The position numbers and the translations under genes are program-made. A model generated the notes under the pieces. The model was not told the DNA's origin. It was given only the letters and a program-made list of their open reading frames with translations, and did not search any database. A DNA stretch of 63,979 nucleotides, the filler included, from Lenisia limosa (lineage: Eukaryota > Protista > Breviatea), in NCBI GenBank assembly GCA_001655205.1. It is 5 parts of 5 records of this genome, joined end to end, with 100 filler letters (N's around TTAATTAATTAA, not from the genome) between each part and the next. Parts side by side here need not be neighbours in the genome. Positions count along the whole stretch, not along the records: positions 1 to 29,109 come from LPNZ01011337.1; 4 more parts are not named here. One strand, written 5' to 3'. Of this stretch, positions 11,840 to 24,632 are shown piece by piece (position 1 is the first letter of the stretch; each line of letters starts with the position of its first letter).

Positions 11840-14800
11840 ATGTTTGTCAGACCAGCAGTGGTGCTCTTTGCACTTCTGGGCCTTCTCTTGCAGCCAGTCC
11901 TATCAAGTGGGGGGGGGGGGGGNNNNNNNNNNGGACAGGTTTTTCTCTTCTCGGAGGAGGTGACTGACGGCTCATTAGTTGTGTCTCCGTTCCCTTTCCC
12001 TGAGTCTTCGTTCACTGTTGAGTTCGTGACGAGAACATGGCGTATGTTTACGAGCTTGGCGGATATCATGTGTAAAAATGGCTATCAATTTGGTGACACC
12101 CCCTTCCCTGACTCCATCATCTGAGATTTGTAGTGTTTTCCAAACACTCTGGTGATGCTTTGTGAATAGTGGGTTTAGTCCAAAACTTGAATATTGTGAA
12201 CATTNNNNNNNNNNNNNNNNNNNNNNNNNNNNNNNNNNNNNNNNNNNNNNNNNNNNNNNNNNNNNNNNNNNNNNNNNNNNNAGTTTCGATTTCGAAGGTT
12301 AGTTCAAACATCTCATATTACTTACTGTCATTATTTGGCATGCCTCCTGATTTACTCCCCAGGAGAGGGAGAACTAGCACCGGAGGACTTTACACTGGTC
12401 AAAACAACCAATTTGACCCATGCCCTTGTAAGCTCAATTTATTGCAATACAATGCACTAGGCACACACGATTAGACATAGTGTTGACTAAATATGATATG
12501 ATTCTTTTTTTGTCCAATTTCCCACTGTTTAGTACGAGTTCACAATCCACCGCATGGGTGTGCTCTACGCCGACTTGCGTGTCGGCCCAGTTCCGCTCCA
12601 AAACGGGCCTTGGCGCGTGGACGTGGCGCCATGTTGCCCTGCAGGCTCGTATCTCCGGTCTCTGTCAGGGCCTTGTGAAGCTTGCCTTCCAGGGACGATC
12701 TCAACTGTTCCCATGGTGCTCGGGTGTGAATCGTGCCAAAATGGTGGGCTAGATACAACTTAGGATTTAAAATATAATATTGAATATGGGCTGCTTTTGA
12801 TTCTAACCTCCTGGAATGTTTACGCCCCAGGTTACTACCAAAAATACAGCGGGAAAACTTCCTGTTCTCCCTGCCCCAAAGGCCGCACATCAGTCGTTGG
12901 CGCAACTGTGGGGCTTCTGAAGGCAAATACTGCTTTTCTTGATATAGTGTTGTTTTCCATATTGCTATTTCATTGCAAACTCCGTGTGACAACTTAGAGC
13001 TGCTACAAATGCCATTGGAAGTACTACTGGGACCCTGACCGGCTGTGCCATCGTTGTCCTGGAGGTTCGGAAGAAAAAAATCGACAATTATGTTACATAT
13101 AAGAGTTATGCTTTCTTTTTGTTTCATAATCCCTCGCCCTGTGGCCCTTGAGTACAGAGGACATAGCATATGATATATTATATTATTAATACTAAAGCCA
13201 GACATTGGGCTGTTGTGAAGCCATAATTGTTCACTCTTTAGACACAAGAGCGCCTGCTAAAGCGTGGTCCTACATTACGTCATGGTAGGGTGTTTGGCCT
13301 GTGTTTGATATCTTCAGCTTTTGCAGCACAGGGTATTGGGGCGAGCCTTACACGCCAATTTGCACCCTATGTCCGGACAACGCAGATTGCAAAATACGCT
13401 ACAACCACATCCCTTCTTGTCATGCCGGTGGGCGGACTTGGTAATAAGTTTCACTTCAGACAATAAAGACCGATAAAATATCGAATTGTATGAGTTCTGT
13501 TAAGTTGTTTTGGAAAACTCTAAATCAACCATGAATATAGCCAGTTGAGTGCTGTATTGGGTGTAGCCAGTTGAGTGCTGTGTTGGGTGGAGCCAGTTGA
13601 GTGCTGTATTGGGTGTATTTTAATATCTCTTCAGGTTACGAGTTTGATGGGACATTATGTGTCATCCCGCCGATGCTGTCCTTGGAGTACTCAGGGATAT
13701 CGAACTCCACTGTCGGCGCTCTGAACATGGTACATTCAGGGGTCGAAATAGTATCAACAGACTATAACCCAAGCCTGAGGGGAAGTCCATTGGATAAACC
13801 CAGTTCCTTCAGGCCCATGTAACTTGTTACATACAGGGAAGAAGCTGGTTCTACCAGAAAAAGTGACGATTGTAGGTGACCATCACGCCGCACTCACGCG
13901 AAGGTCCACATCCGGAAGGGGGGCTTGATTTCAACTGTAATATCGAACGAATGGACGGCAGTGTTATCCACAAATTGGCCGTTAATGACAGTGGGGGTTT
14001 CTGTTGACTCGGTGTGCACAATATCTTTGCGTGATTGTATCTAAAAGAATCCCACTATCTGAAGAATTTTTGAACTAACTGAGCAGCCGGTACTGGCCTG
14101 TACACCTTCGAATACGAGCTACTGGAACCCGGAGCAATGGTGCTCAACTGCAGCCTCAATATGACGAACCCTCCCATACATGCACCCAACACAACGTCTA
14201 GCGTGGGGGTGGGGGGCACGTTCCACAATTATTGTAACATACCATCATTTCTACTTTTGAGCACAATCTAAGTTAATTCGCAATAAGCAAACTTATATAA
14301 TACATGTATTTGGATTGCTTGCTGGTTGTAACATCTTAAACATGATGGCCTCAGCAGATTCTTCTTTTTTTGTAGATTTTTATTACATTTTTAGTCTGAG
14401 CATTACATGTTCAACAATTCGCTTTCCTTTTTCAGTGTTGTTGTTGGAAGCCCCTCCATTGCGAGTACCGCTGACGGGATCACAAATGTAAGAATCGCAA
14501 ATGTCTATTGGACTTGTTTACCACTGAAATTCTCGATAATTACTCTAAATATCAATATTCCCAAGGGCTTTTCCGAAAAGAAAGTCCCCATTGAACCCTA
14601 AGACTGATGATATTCAGGGCATCCTAGGTGAGGCTAAAACATTCACTGTGAGAACGCGCGACGAGTTTGGAAACATCTTCCCTTTCTACACGCCAGGCTT
14701 TAGAGGTCTGGCTTGTGGCCTGTGGTCATCTGTTTATAGCGATGGAGTTGATCGCTTCGTCCAGCATTCGCTGTACTGTCTTCTCTTACCACACAGTGGA

Positions 14801-17800
14801 GTTCAACAACGCCAACACACCCTCGGTGAATGTCAATGCAACGGATCTCATGTATAGGTATGGAAGTGTGCTTCTTCACATTTTAGCTTGAATTACATGT
14901 CAAACGGCCAGTTTATTGCGACCTATACGCCCTCAGTTGCCGGATTCTTCAACATCAGAGTGTACCTGAACGACACTGAAGTTCAGGATTCGCCTTATAA
15001 CGGTTTGCTACAGAGAGGTGTTTGATACTGCCTTTCAAAAGTTAGATTGGTTGCAAACCTGTTCCTGAATTCCCTCTTGATTACGTAGTGATGTGGGCAC
15101 CACCATGCTCAGTCGGTAGCGAACTGCTCACGTCCACCGGCCCGTGTCAGCCTTGCCAAGACGGTGTGCTTGGAGCTCTTACTGACCCATTTGGGTCTCT
15201 TAAGCCTGAAGTGCAGGATTTATGGTGTTGAATTATATTCTCTTGTGGATGAAATCAGCTAGTTCTCAAACTTCAGGATTCGTCTCGAACGAGGTCAATG
15301 CGATTCTGTCGTGTACGCAGTGTCCTGACGGTACCGCCCCCGCTACTAATCAAACACTCTGCTTACCTTGCAAGGAAGGATACTATGCAAGCAATGGTAT
15401 GACGGGCGTTTCGGCATCGAAGAGCAGTTCATTAGTTCAAAAAGCTACGATAATAGTAGCCCAGTGACCCACAATGTAGGGACATCAAGCTGCAACCCTT
15501 GCGAATTAGGCCAGTTTGCCATTGAAGTATCCAGTGATGAATGTGAGCACTGCCCCTCGGGAACAACCACCAGTAATATTGCGCCTCTTCATTGCAGCAA
15601 TGGTTAGTTTCTAATTTTCGGTATAATATTTTTACAGTCACAATATGCAATTTTCCTATTTTACAAGTTTGCTTTTGCTTCTGGTTTTCTTTCGATATTT
15701 CCTTCAATCAGCTACTTTTACACCTAGTTTCTGCCTCTCTGGGACCTTTGGCTCGTTCAACACCACTTGCACGGCATGTCCCCTCAACGCAGACTGCCCT
15801 TACGCCAGCATCCTGCCAACCTGCTATTATGGTTACGAACTGACTAACAACACGTTGTGCTCTCTAATCCCTTCTTCTGCTGAGCATACAGAGCTACCAG
15901 AGGTATTGGGGCTTCACATATTGTGGGCTTCCATGCGGATCATCAAGACCAATTAACATTAGATTATGTATCAGGTCATCATGAAGGCCGTTGGGCGAAG
16001 TCCCTATCTATGATACTAAGATAATGATATGATGGGAGCTCAGTATGAGAAGCTGCCAACATTTGGATATTGCCAGAAGGTCGTTTTCATCATGCACAGC
16101 AGACCCCACCTGAGACCTTATTTCCTCAGCATATTTTAACAAACCAGATTTCTGATGTTGTTGCTGAAGACTTGATTACTTTCGAAATTGACGTTATGAA
16201 CAGAAATGGCAAAAAGCAGGTTTGCACCCTGTGTTTTTTGATATAATAACATAGTGTTGCTCTTCCATCACACCGTTCCTCTACAATTTTTGCCCAATCT
16301 GTTCTTTCCTGACGCTATAGATCATTGGAGGCGATAATGTCGTAGTTATGCTCACCAATGACAAGTACCCTGACCAAGTCATTGCTGGTGGCTCCTTGAG
16401 TATCTGCTTGAAATAGTTGCTCGATCTGTAAAAAAAGCTTAGTTTTCTTTCCCTTTCTCACTTCGCAGTCGTTACTTCTCGAAGACCAATACACCGGGGT
16501 CTACAAACTGGCGTTTACTCCAACCGTTGCTGCGTAGGCCTTGGATAGAACACATTCTCCACACAAGCAGTATTGGTCCCGTTTTTATTGTTTCAGGAAT
16601 TGGAAAGCACGTGCAAGCCTGAAGACTCCATCTTCTGAGACCAAATTCATCATGGTTAGCCCCCGATTGCTTCTTTTGTTTGTTTCCCAGATCTTTTGAT
16701 CTAAATCCAAAATATTCTGTCTTTTGCTCTGTAGTCCCATGCTCATACCGTAGAACTCACCCAGATTCTTCACTGTATTACCCGGACTCCCATACTCTGA
16801 CACAAGCCTGTCTCAGGTAAAATGTGACAAGATTCATCGATTTACCCCTGGATATACCTTAGAGATCGATATTCCGACTTAAGCATAATGCTGCCCAATG
16901 ATCGCGTTTATTAACTCAACCAGGACCTGTTACAAACTGCGACTCAGGCCCACTCAAAGTACAACATCACTGTGTCCGCAATGGACCACTTCAGTAACCC
17001 CTACGTCGACACCAACTATCGCTTCCATGTCTTTGTATGCTGGTCATCTGATATGTACGTGTTACTCCCATTTCCCCGTTTCTCTTTCCCCCTTCAGTAG
17101 TTTACCCCCTCCTCCAGGTATCCAGCCCCAATACTGTGGTCACGTTCCTGGGAAACTGCAGCCATCTTGGCGAAACAGATCATTCCGTAACAAACGCAAC
17201 CGAAAGTACCTTAGACGTTCTTCTGGAATATTCCGTAATTGGCCACATGCATTTGGTTTGCAATGGGTCTCAGGATTTCAATACAATAGTCCGGGATTGT
17301 TATCAGGTAAAAGAAGGCTATCCTATTATTCCAAGACCATTACTTCTTAGATATCGTTAACTGTTGCTACGCCAGCAGTGACTCTTGTCAGTATCAAAAC
17401 ATCGGGCAATTCATCCGAGCCTTTGGCCGACTTTCCTTTCACCCTCACATGGGCACCTGAGTGTGGTGAAGGCAACTTCCTCTTAAGGTACGTCTGTTGC
17501 TATCCTTCTGCTTCAGTTTCTTGCTTTTTGAGATATCTTGGTATAGGTACCCTCAAGACATAGCATATCATAATATGTATTATATTATCTATAGTATTAT
17601 GTATATTATATCATACACTGTGTATATGTTTGTCTCTGCATATTAGCCCTCACCGTTCAGTCCCATTGGGCCGTGTCAGCCATGCCCGATAGCGCAGTAT
17701 CAGCCCACAAGCCAAAGTGATGCCTGTCTCGAGTGTGCTGCCAATCGCACAACCGCCTCTGTCGCCTCCGTTGTCATTGACCAATGGTTGGCGGTAATAA

Positions 17801-20800
17801 CAGCCTAGATTAATTGGTGTTTGGAAGTAATAACACACTAGATTAAATGACCAACAGTAGGAATAAGTTTATTACTACTGGGGAGTTTCAGCGAAAATGC
17901 CCATGATACAAATAACATGATGCTCTACTAAATTACCGAAACCACACCAATGGGTTGATTTACACCCCCCTTCATCTCGCGGTATTTCTCTTCTTTTTTG
18001 TGTATACTGCCTCTACTTCAACACTCTCCTCCAACCTGACCTTTTAGCGGGTGCGAAGAGGGCACCTACGGACCCGCCGACCTCATCGAAGGGCGTTGTC
18101 TCGCGTGTCCCCTGTTTGCCAACTGCACAGTGGGATCGCGGCAACCGAGATGCCAAATGGGGTATCGGCTCATCGGCTCGGACCACGAGAGCTACCAATG
18201 CGTTCCGAAGGATACCGACCCGATGTTGTAAGTGGCGTCTTTTCCCAGTAAGTCTATTCAAATTGTCCCAAATATGGAAGGTGTGAACTTTATTCTATGC
18301 AATTGGTTATATGATATGTGGTACTTTGTGATAGTTTACACCTGTACATTGTGTTGCTGTTTGCCGTCACCATGTAGGACGAAATTGACATCTGACACTG
18401 AGCGCCAAGCCGGAGACGTCATCGCTGTTACACTTCAGGTACTCGTAATCAAACACAATATGTACCGTTACATATCACCCATTCCATATAATATAACTAT
18501 ACAGCCGTACAGTAGCGACGGTGACCGTCGAGTCACCGGGAGTGAGCAGTGGCGGGTGCGTTTGGTGGCCCCCCACCATGACCTTCCAAATGTGGAAATC
18601 TATGTGAGCCTTCGGAGGAAATCAAAGACTGTGGAAATAAATTTCCTTTGGTTGTTTTGATAATCATAATATCATATATTATTAAAGCTATATCTGCTAA
18701 CAGTTTGTTACAGTTTTATACCCTTTCCCTCCAATGTCATCAAAAAACATTTCCCTAGGAATCAGTTGCTCCGAGCAGCACTACTTACTGGGAGGTTGGC
18801 ACCGGTCCTGACTTAACCACCCTGGTCATGGGGGGTACGAACGTGTCTGTTTCCTACGTCGAATTCAAAGACAATGGTTGGTCATGAAGCGGGGGAAATA
18901 TATACATGTAGTATATTATCCTTGCTTCACTTATTCCTTGATAACTAGTGAAATATTTTCCCGCGCTTCCCACTTCTCCATGACATGTACAATCAAAAGC
19001 ATTCACACTATGCAGCCGATGGGGAATACAGTATCTCCTTTGTACCCCAAAGAGTCGGGCAATATAGAGTGTTCGCAGACTTCTTCCCTGCAGCCTCGCG
19101 GTCTTTGGAGTTTGTCGCTACGCCGGTGGCGGTTTTGATATCCGTTACGGCCGGCCCGACCTCAGCATCGTCCACCGCGGTGTGGGGCCCTGGACTCCTG
19201 GACAGCCAGGCTTTCGTGACTACCACAGTCTTCGTGCGCCCTACTGACAAGTTCGGTAATGTCAATCTTGGAGGGTGGGTCGATGAGACCAGTCCAACAT
19301 GCTTATCAAGGAGCTATTGAGTGATTCTGACTTTTATCATACCATAATATCACTCTTGGATCATTAGATGGAGGAATCTCTCCACTGTTCTTCGTTTAAA
19401 CATTACAGGCCTGTTCGCTCTCAACATTGAGGCCCTTGCGCTGCCTTGCATGGTCCCCACGACCTACTACACGCTGTACCTCCTCAAAATGATGATCCCG
19501 ATCCTGGTCCTTCTTGTCATTGTTGTTGGAAACGGCATCATGATGGGTGCGTGGGGATATATACGCTTTTTTTGACTGTTCTATTACCATAAATATTGCT
19601 CTTCATCAACATGATAGTAGACGGGTAATCCCCAACTGTTGAAGATCAAATGCAATATTCTCTCATAATCGTGATGGTGTGGACGGCTTCAGCCAGATAC
19701 AACCTTGTTTCTTTATTTCTCATTGCTATATAATATTTAACGAATCAGTGATCTCTATGGCCAGTAACTTCCGGGCACACCACTCGGTGCGGGACGTTAC
19801 CGGTGTGTCCGTAGCCAGCAAACACAGGGTCTTCTTCGTTGTCTCCATCAATATGTTCATCTTCTTTCTGACAGTCTTGTATCCCATCATGGCGGTTACA
19901 AGTAAGCATGAATCATAATAGTATTACCACATCAACAGTTTAGACTGCTAGGATGATAACTTCAGTTTCAACATTTTTTCGCCTCTCATGACTGTAGCAA
20001 TGCTGTTCTTCAAGTGCACACAACAGGCCGATGGTGTCTATACCCTGGACGAGGGGCCTTCAAGTTTGCTCTCCTTGCTCTTTGTGCCATCTTTTATCTT
20101 CAAAACGATAAGAGAAGAAACCACATCACTGACTCTTCAGACATCTGCTACGACAGTGAATGGTGGTCATGGTTCCCACTGGTCGTCCTCAGTGGTGTGG
20201 TCTATGGCCTCGGCATCCCTTTCTTGGTGTTCGGAATCCTCTATTCTTCAAGGAACAAGCTGGATTCCCCGAAGGTCTGTTCATAACACGAGACAAAACA
20301 CGATATTTTGTTTTTCGTTTAACTTGACCCAATATTTAGATTCGGGCCATGTTTGGAGCGCTGTACCTCCGTTACCTTCGGCGATTCTACCTCTACGAAC
20401 TCACCGTAATCATCCGAAAAATGCTTATTGTCGCGTCCTTCTTGTTCTTCTCCAACGTCATCTTCCGAATTACGTTCTCACTGGTCACGATATTCGCCTT
20501 CTACTCCCTGCACCTTGTGTACCGCCCATATGAGAGGAACGTAAGCACCTACCTGTTTTTGAAATATTATACATGTTCTGATGGCAATGACTAACAACTC
20601 AGGTGCTGATTCGCCTTGACTTTGTATCACTCTTCACATGCTACTCCATCCTCTTCGCAGGCCTTCTGTTCTACAATGGCCTACCCAATGACGTATGCGG
20701 GCATGCACCTTTTTTTGCTCTATTGAAACTAGGACCATAGAGATTCAGCGGTTTACTACACAAAAGAACATCCACAAAAAACGACAGAAACAGGAGGACT

Positions 20801-23800
20801 TCACGAACACACTTAGATAAATCGGTTGTTTTGAGAATAAGACAACTTACAATAAATAGGCAACATGAACAAGAAAATTTATATATATACTACATGTATA
20901 TATATATAATATGCATTGATTCGAGATGGGGGAAACAAATACACATTAGGACCGTATGATTTAAGGCTTAAAGGGTCTTAGTCTTCATCTCGGGGATGAC
21001 ACAGGGATTGCAGTTTCAAAGTGTGGAGCGCTATAGTCCTCTTCATTGGCGACACCTCTATGAACACTTATCTGTGTCATTTCGCGAAAATGGGTCATTT
21101 TTGTTGATTTTTTCGGCTATTATATTGTAAATGGGTCCTCTCTACACAATGAGGGGTTGTACCAGGGATATATTTGTTATTTTCCCGACTTTTTTTTGAA
21201 GACTTTTTTGAAAAACTTGCATCTGGAATGAAATAGGGGGTTTCCTTTCGGCTACGGTCATACTCTGGGGGTCATCGCGCATCCCGTTCGCTCTGCGAGC
21301 GAACGCAAGCCCCAGCAGGCCTTGGTAGTACTGACGTCGGAGACGAGTCGGGAAGGCAGGGTACTGTAGTTTTTTTTTCTTTTTTTGTTTCTTTTCTTTT
21401 TTTCTTACTAAAACAGTACGCCTTCAACACCATCCTCTACGGCTGCATCATCCTGCTGTTCCTGTCCCTGGCCTACTTTGTCAAGCAGATTTGGGTCGAA
21501 ATCACCAGCTTCAGATTGAGGCACATCCAAGCCAAACAGAAGGCTAACGAGGTCGGATGTATTCTCTTTTGGCCCTTAGACCTCCTTCTGATATTTGAAA
21601 CTTCATGTTGATAGTANNNNNNNNNNCTAATTTTCTCGTTTCTTCGCATTTCACTTTCTTAGGATCTGCTAAATAAGGAAGCTGACGGGCCTTTTGCTGT
21701 GCTGGAGAACAAGTTCAAGCCTTTCCTCTATTTCTCGAGTATGTTGGCAAATAAGAAGCGGGGTGAATGCTTCATTTCCCTTCCCATACAAGATACGTAT
21801 TGATGAAAATAGTGATGAAAATATGATTCCCCCACCCTTCGTTTTGTCATTTGTTGCCACCAAAAAATGTTTTCTCAGTAACAGGTAGGACTTCACTTCG
21901 GTTCGAAAAATACCGGTACAATGAAGATTTATCGAGAAATTCAGTCCCGAGGTGAAACTCAAGTAATACTCCCCCCCCCCCCAAACACACTCCTGTTTTG
22001 NNNNNNNNNNNNNNNNNNNNNNNNNNNNNNNNNNNNNNNNNNNNNNNNNNNNNNNCTGCCGTCGCATTCATTGCAAACTTCCGACCCGGGGCTCTTCAAG
22101 GTATGTGGCTAAAGAGGGCGCGTCAAGGTACGGGGATAAAGACCGCTTCAAAGACTACAGCTCTCATTCGAACATTCTACTATTTCTTCTGAACACTCCG
22201 CCCCTCTCCCTAACTCTTGGACTTCTAACCCCCAAGGGTGATGTTTGCTTCTAACCCCCAAGGGTGACGTTTGCTTTGCGGTTCTGTCCATACCCAGCTA
22301 CCCATACCTTATGAAGGAGCCAGCGTCTGGCAAAGTGTCACGTGACCTTGCCTTCGAACTGTGTCGCCTGACCACTCCCTACTTCGAAGGGGTCCAGGTG
22401 GGGTCTTTACTCATACCCAAACAGAATATCTCGTCTATTTTGCAAGTTTTAATTGATTGAAAGCCCATGTAGTAACAGGCTCTTTTCAAGACAGATGGAT
22501 GATTGATTTGATAGGTGGACTACTTGGCTGACCGCTTGTCAGTCGGCTTCGACAATGTTCTTGACACCCTGCAGTGGGCCATCAAGTTTCAGGTTTGCTC
22601 ATTCTCACATTGCCATTTGTTGTTTTCTAGTACGCAGAGGGTTTCTGTCACACCTGGAGAAAAACAGCCCTATCTTGAGCTTGGCTGTGACGTTTCAGGT
22701 TGCTTTGTGTCATGTGCGTTGGCCGAAAAAACTGCTGGAAAGGAGTCCGGTGGGTCCATTTCTTTTAATTGATAACAAGCTCACTCCATCAGAAGTTCAA
22801 ACACCTCAATGACTCGAGGACGGCGAGGTTTGCGCTGCGCCCTGACGCTCAACTTCGGCCAAGCAAGTCGCATCGGACAGCCCCTCTTCGACAAGCTTGA
22901 ACACAAGACTAAAACGTGGGCCATGCTTACTGTTGCTCTCATTTTGGTATTATTAGAGATAGCATATAGTTGCATTCCATCCGCAATAATTCTGATCTTC
23001 AGGCTTGCCACGGTGGCGCAAGGCGGGCAGATTCTGCTGACTGAGTCGTTTTGGGAGCGTCTCATGGTTCTTGGTGACAGCCCCCAGAAGCGGAAACTGT
23101 TCAGAGAAATCACGGTGCAACAATTGGACCGAATGATTTTGGAGGAAGAAGGCAAGGCTGAACAGGTGTACCAGGTTTGTTGTAGAAGCTAAGGAGGATG
23201 CCCTTTTTGAGCTCAGTTTCAAAAGGAACGACAAATATAGGCGCTCACCAGTATTTCATCAATATCCTCACACAAAAGTAAGTAAGACCACCCATGGATT
23301 TACTTCCACACAGGTCCTGCCCCTCCTTCTGCAATGCCGGACATTTGCCCCATTGGTGGACGACACGACTCGAAGTCTCGCCAGAGCAAAACGACTGTCA
23401 GTACTCGGCCTTCTTGTCAATCGCCTCCTGTTCCCCCTTGTTTTATTTCTCATCTCTATATGATACTAGTATATCATATAGTAAACTATATAATATATGA
23501 TATGTACAGTACATGTATAGTATATGATATAATATATAATATACTATATCTCCATCTTTCTTTTTCTTTTTCATCTGGAGCAGCGACAGAGGTGAGGATA
23601 CCGAATCCACGTTTGCCGTTAACATCAGCAGCGGAATGCTCAGAGTGGGCGAGTCTGTTAGTTACTTTGTGAACCCGTTAATGGATATAGGGAGAGAGTC
23701 ACGTAGACTCAGTTCGATTATATTTCGTTTATACCACTATTTTGACCACATCATATTTTTCATACTGAGGCATACATAACATTGCAGCCCTCGTCGCCAC

Positions 23801-24114
23801 CTGGCCACAGCCCGGGTAGAAGCTCCCGGTTATCTGCAGAGCTTTCCTCCCTCCTGGAACGTGATGTGTATGTTCAATTGCTGACTATCCTTTTTATCAT
23901 TGTTCGATCCTCTTAACCTATCTTAGTCCGCCTTCCCTCCCACCCCTAGTAGCCAACAAAAAGAAGAAACAGCCCTTGCCGCCCTTCCCAAACAAGACCG
24001 TTTTCGACAGAGTATCCAAAAGGTACGCATCGGTATAGCCTATATAATCCAAACAGGATCCTAACCCCCCAGGTCGCCGCGACTAGTTCCGCAAACTCTG
24101 GAGCACCCGGGTAG
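11840..24114 (+). CDS. Large multi-pass membrane receptor: signal peptide, Cys-rich (GCC2/GCC3, ephrin-receptor-like) repeats, filamin-type Ig repeats, multi-TM block, degenerate class III nucleotidyl-cyclase domain
   Basis: Signal peptide MFVRPAVVLFALLGLLLQPVLS. Repeats CPAGSY...CEACLPGT, CSPCPKGRTS, CTLCPDNADC, CTACPLNADC, CLACPLFANC. Filamin-like FTVRTRDEFGN, ATYTPSVAGFFNIRVYLN, DGEYSISFVPQRVGQY, VFVRPTDKFGN. TM exons such as LPCMVPTTYYTLYLLKMMIPILV and FGALYLRY...YELTVIIRKMLIV...RPY. Cyclase-like GLRCALTL...VAQGGQILLTE...EQVYQVLP...RTFAPL. The 3' end is approximate. Confidence 0.82.
13539..13616. repeat. 26-bp tandem repeat x3 in an intron
   Basis: Unit agccagttgagtgctgt(a/g)ttgggtg(t/g). 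Confidence 0.9.
20947..21262. mobile_element. Possible short-TIR insertion in a receptor-gene intron
   Basis: taggaccgta ... tacggtcata, about 10-bp imperfect TIR around a non-coding expansion of the intron. Confidence 0.35.
21886..21963. mobile_element. MITE family A, copy 3 (degenerate, receptor-gene intron)
   Basis: Left TIR taggacttcacttcggttcgaaaaa; right end eroded. Confidence 0.7.
22222..22273 (+). repeat. 26-bp tandem duplication spanning a 3' splice site
   Basis: cttctaacccccaagggtga(t/c)gtttg x2. Confidence 0.9.
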
Positions 24115-24632
24115 TTACAACATCGGAGATCACGCCCCGGGCGGCACAACAGAATTCACTACCACCGTCTCGGAGTTTCCCGTTTGGGGGTGGGACCAAA
24201 GGCCTTGCTGAACAAATTTTATACTTCGTCCCGTCGTGGTTTTATGTTACTTTGTAGGAGAGTTACGAGTCCGAATACCAGGCTGACACTGTTTATAGCT
24301 GTGGGGGGGGGGCAAGTTCATTACTTCGGGATGGGGTTTCCTCTACTGACTTTTCAGCTGATGAGGATGAGCTAATTAGTCGAATAGATTAGTTGTTTTG
24401 TAGTTTTGACACCAGTTTCTTTCCTTATTGTTTGGATGGCGATATGAGATATATCATTTTCTTTGTTTGTTATGAGTACATCAGTGGAGGGGGTGGAGGG
24501 GGCAGGTGGTGGCTTTTCTCTCTGATAATCAACCAATTGAACGAAAAGAACATTTAATATAACCAAAAAATAACACCGAGAGACCTAAGAAATTGACAAA
24601 AAATACAAGAAAGACAAGAAACATTTACAAAA

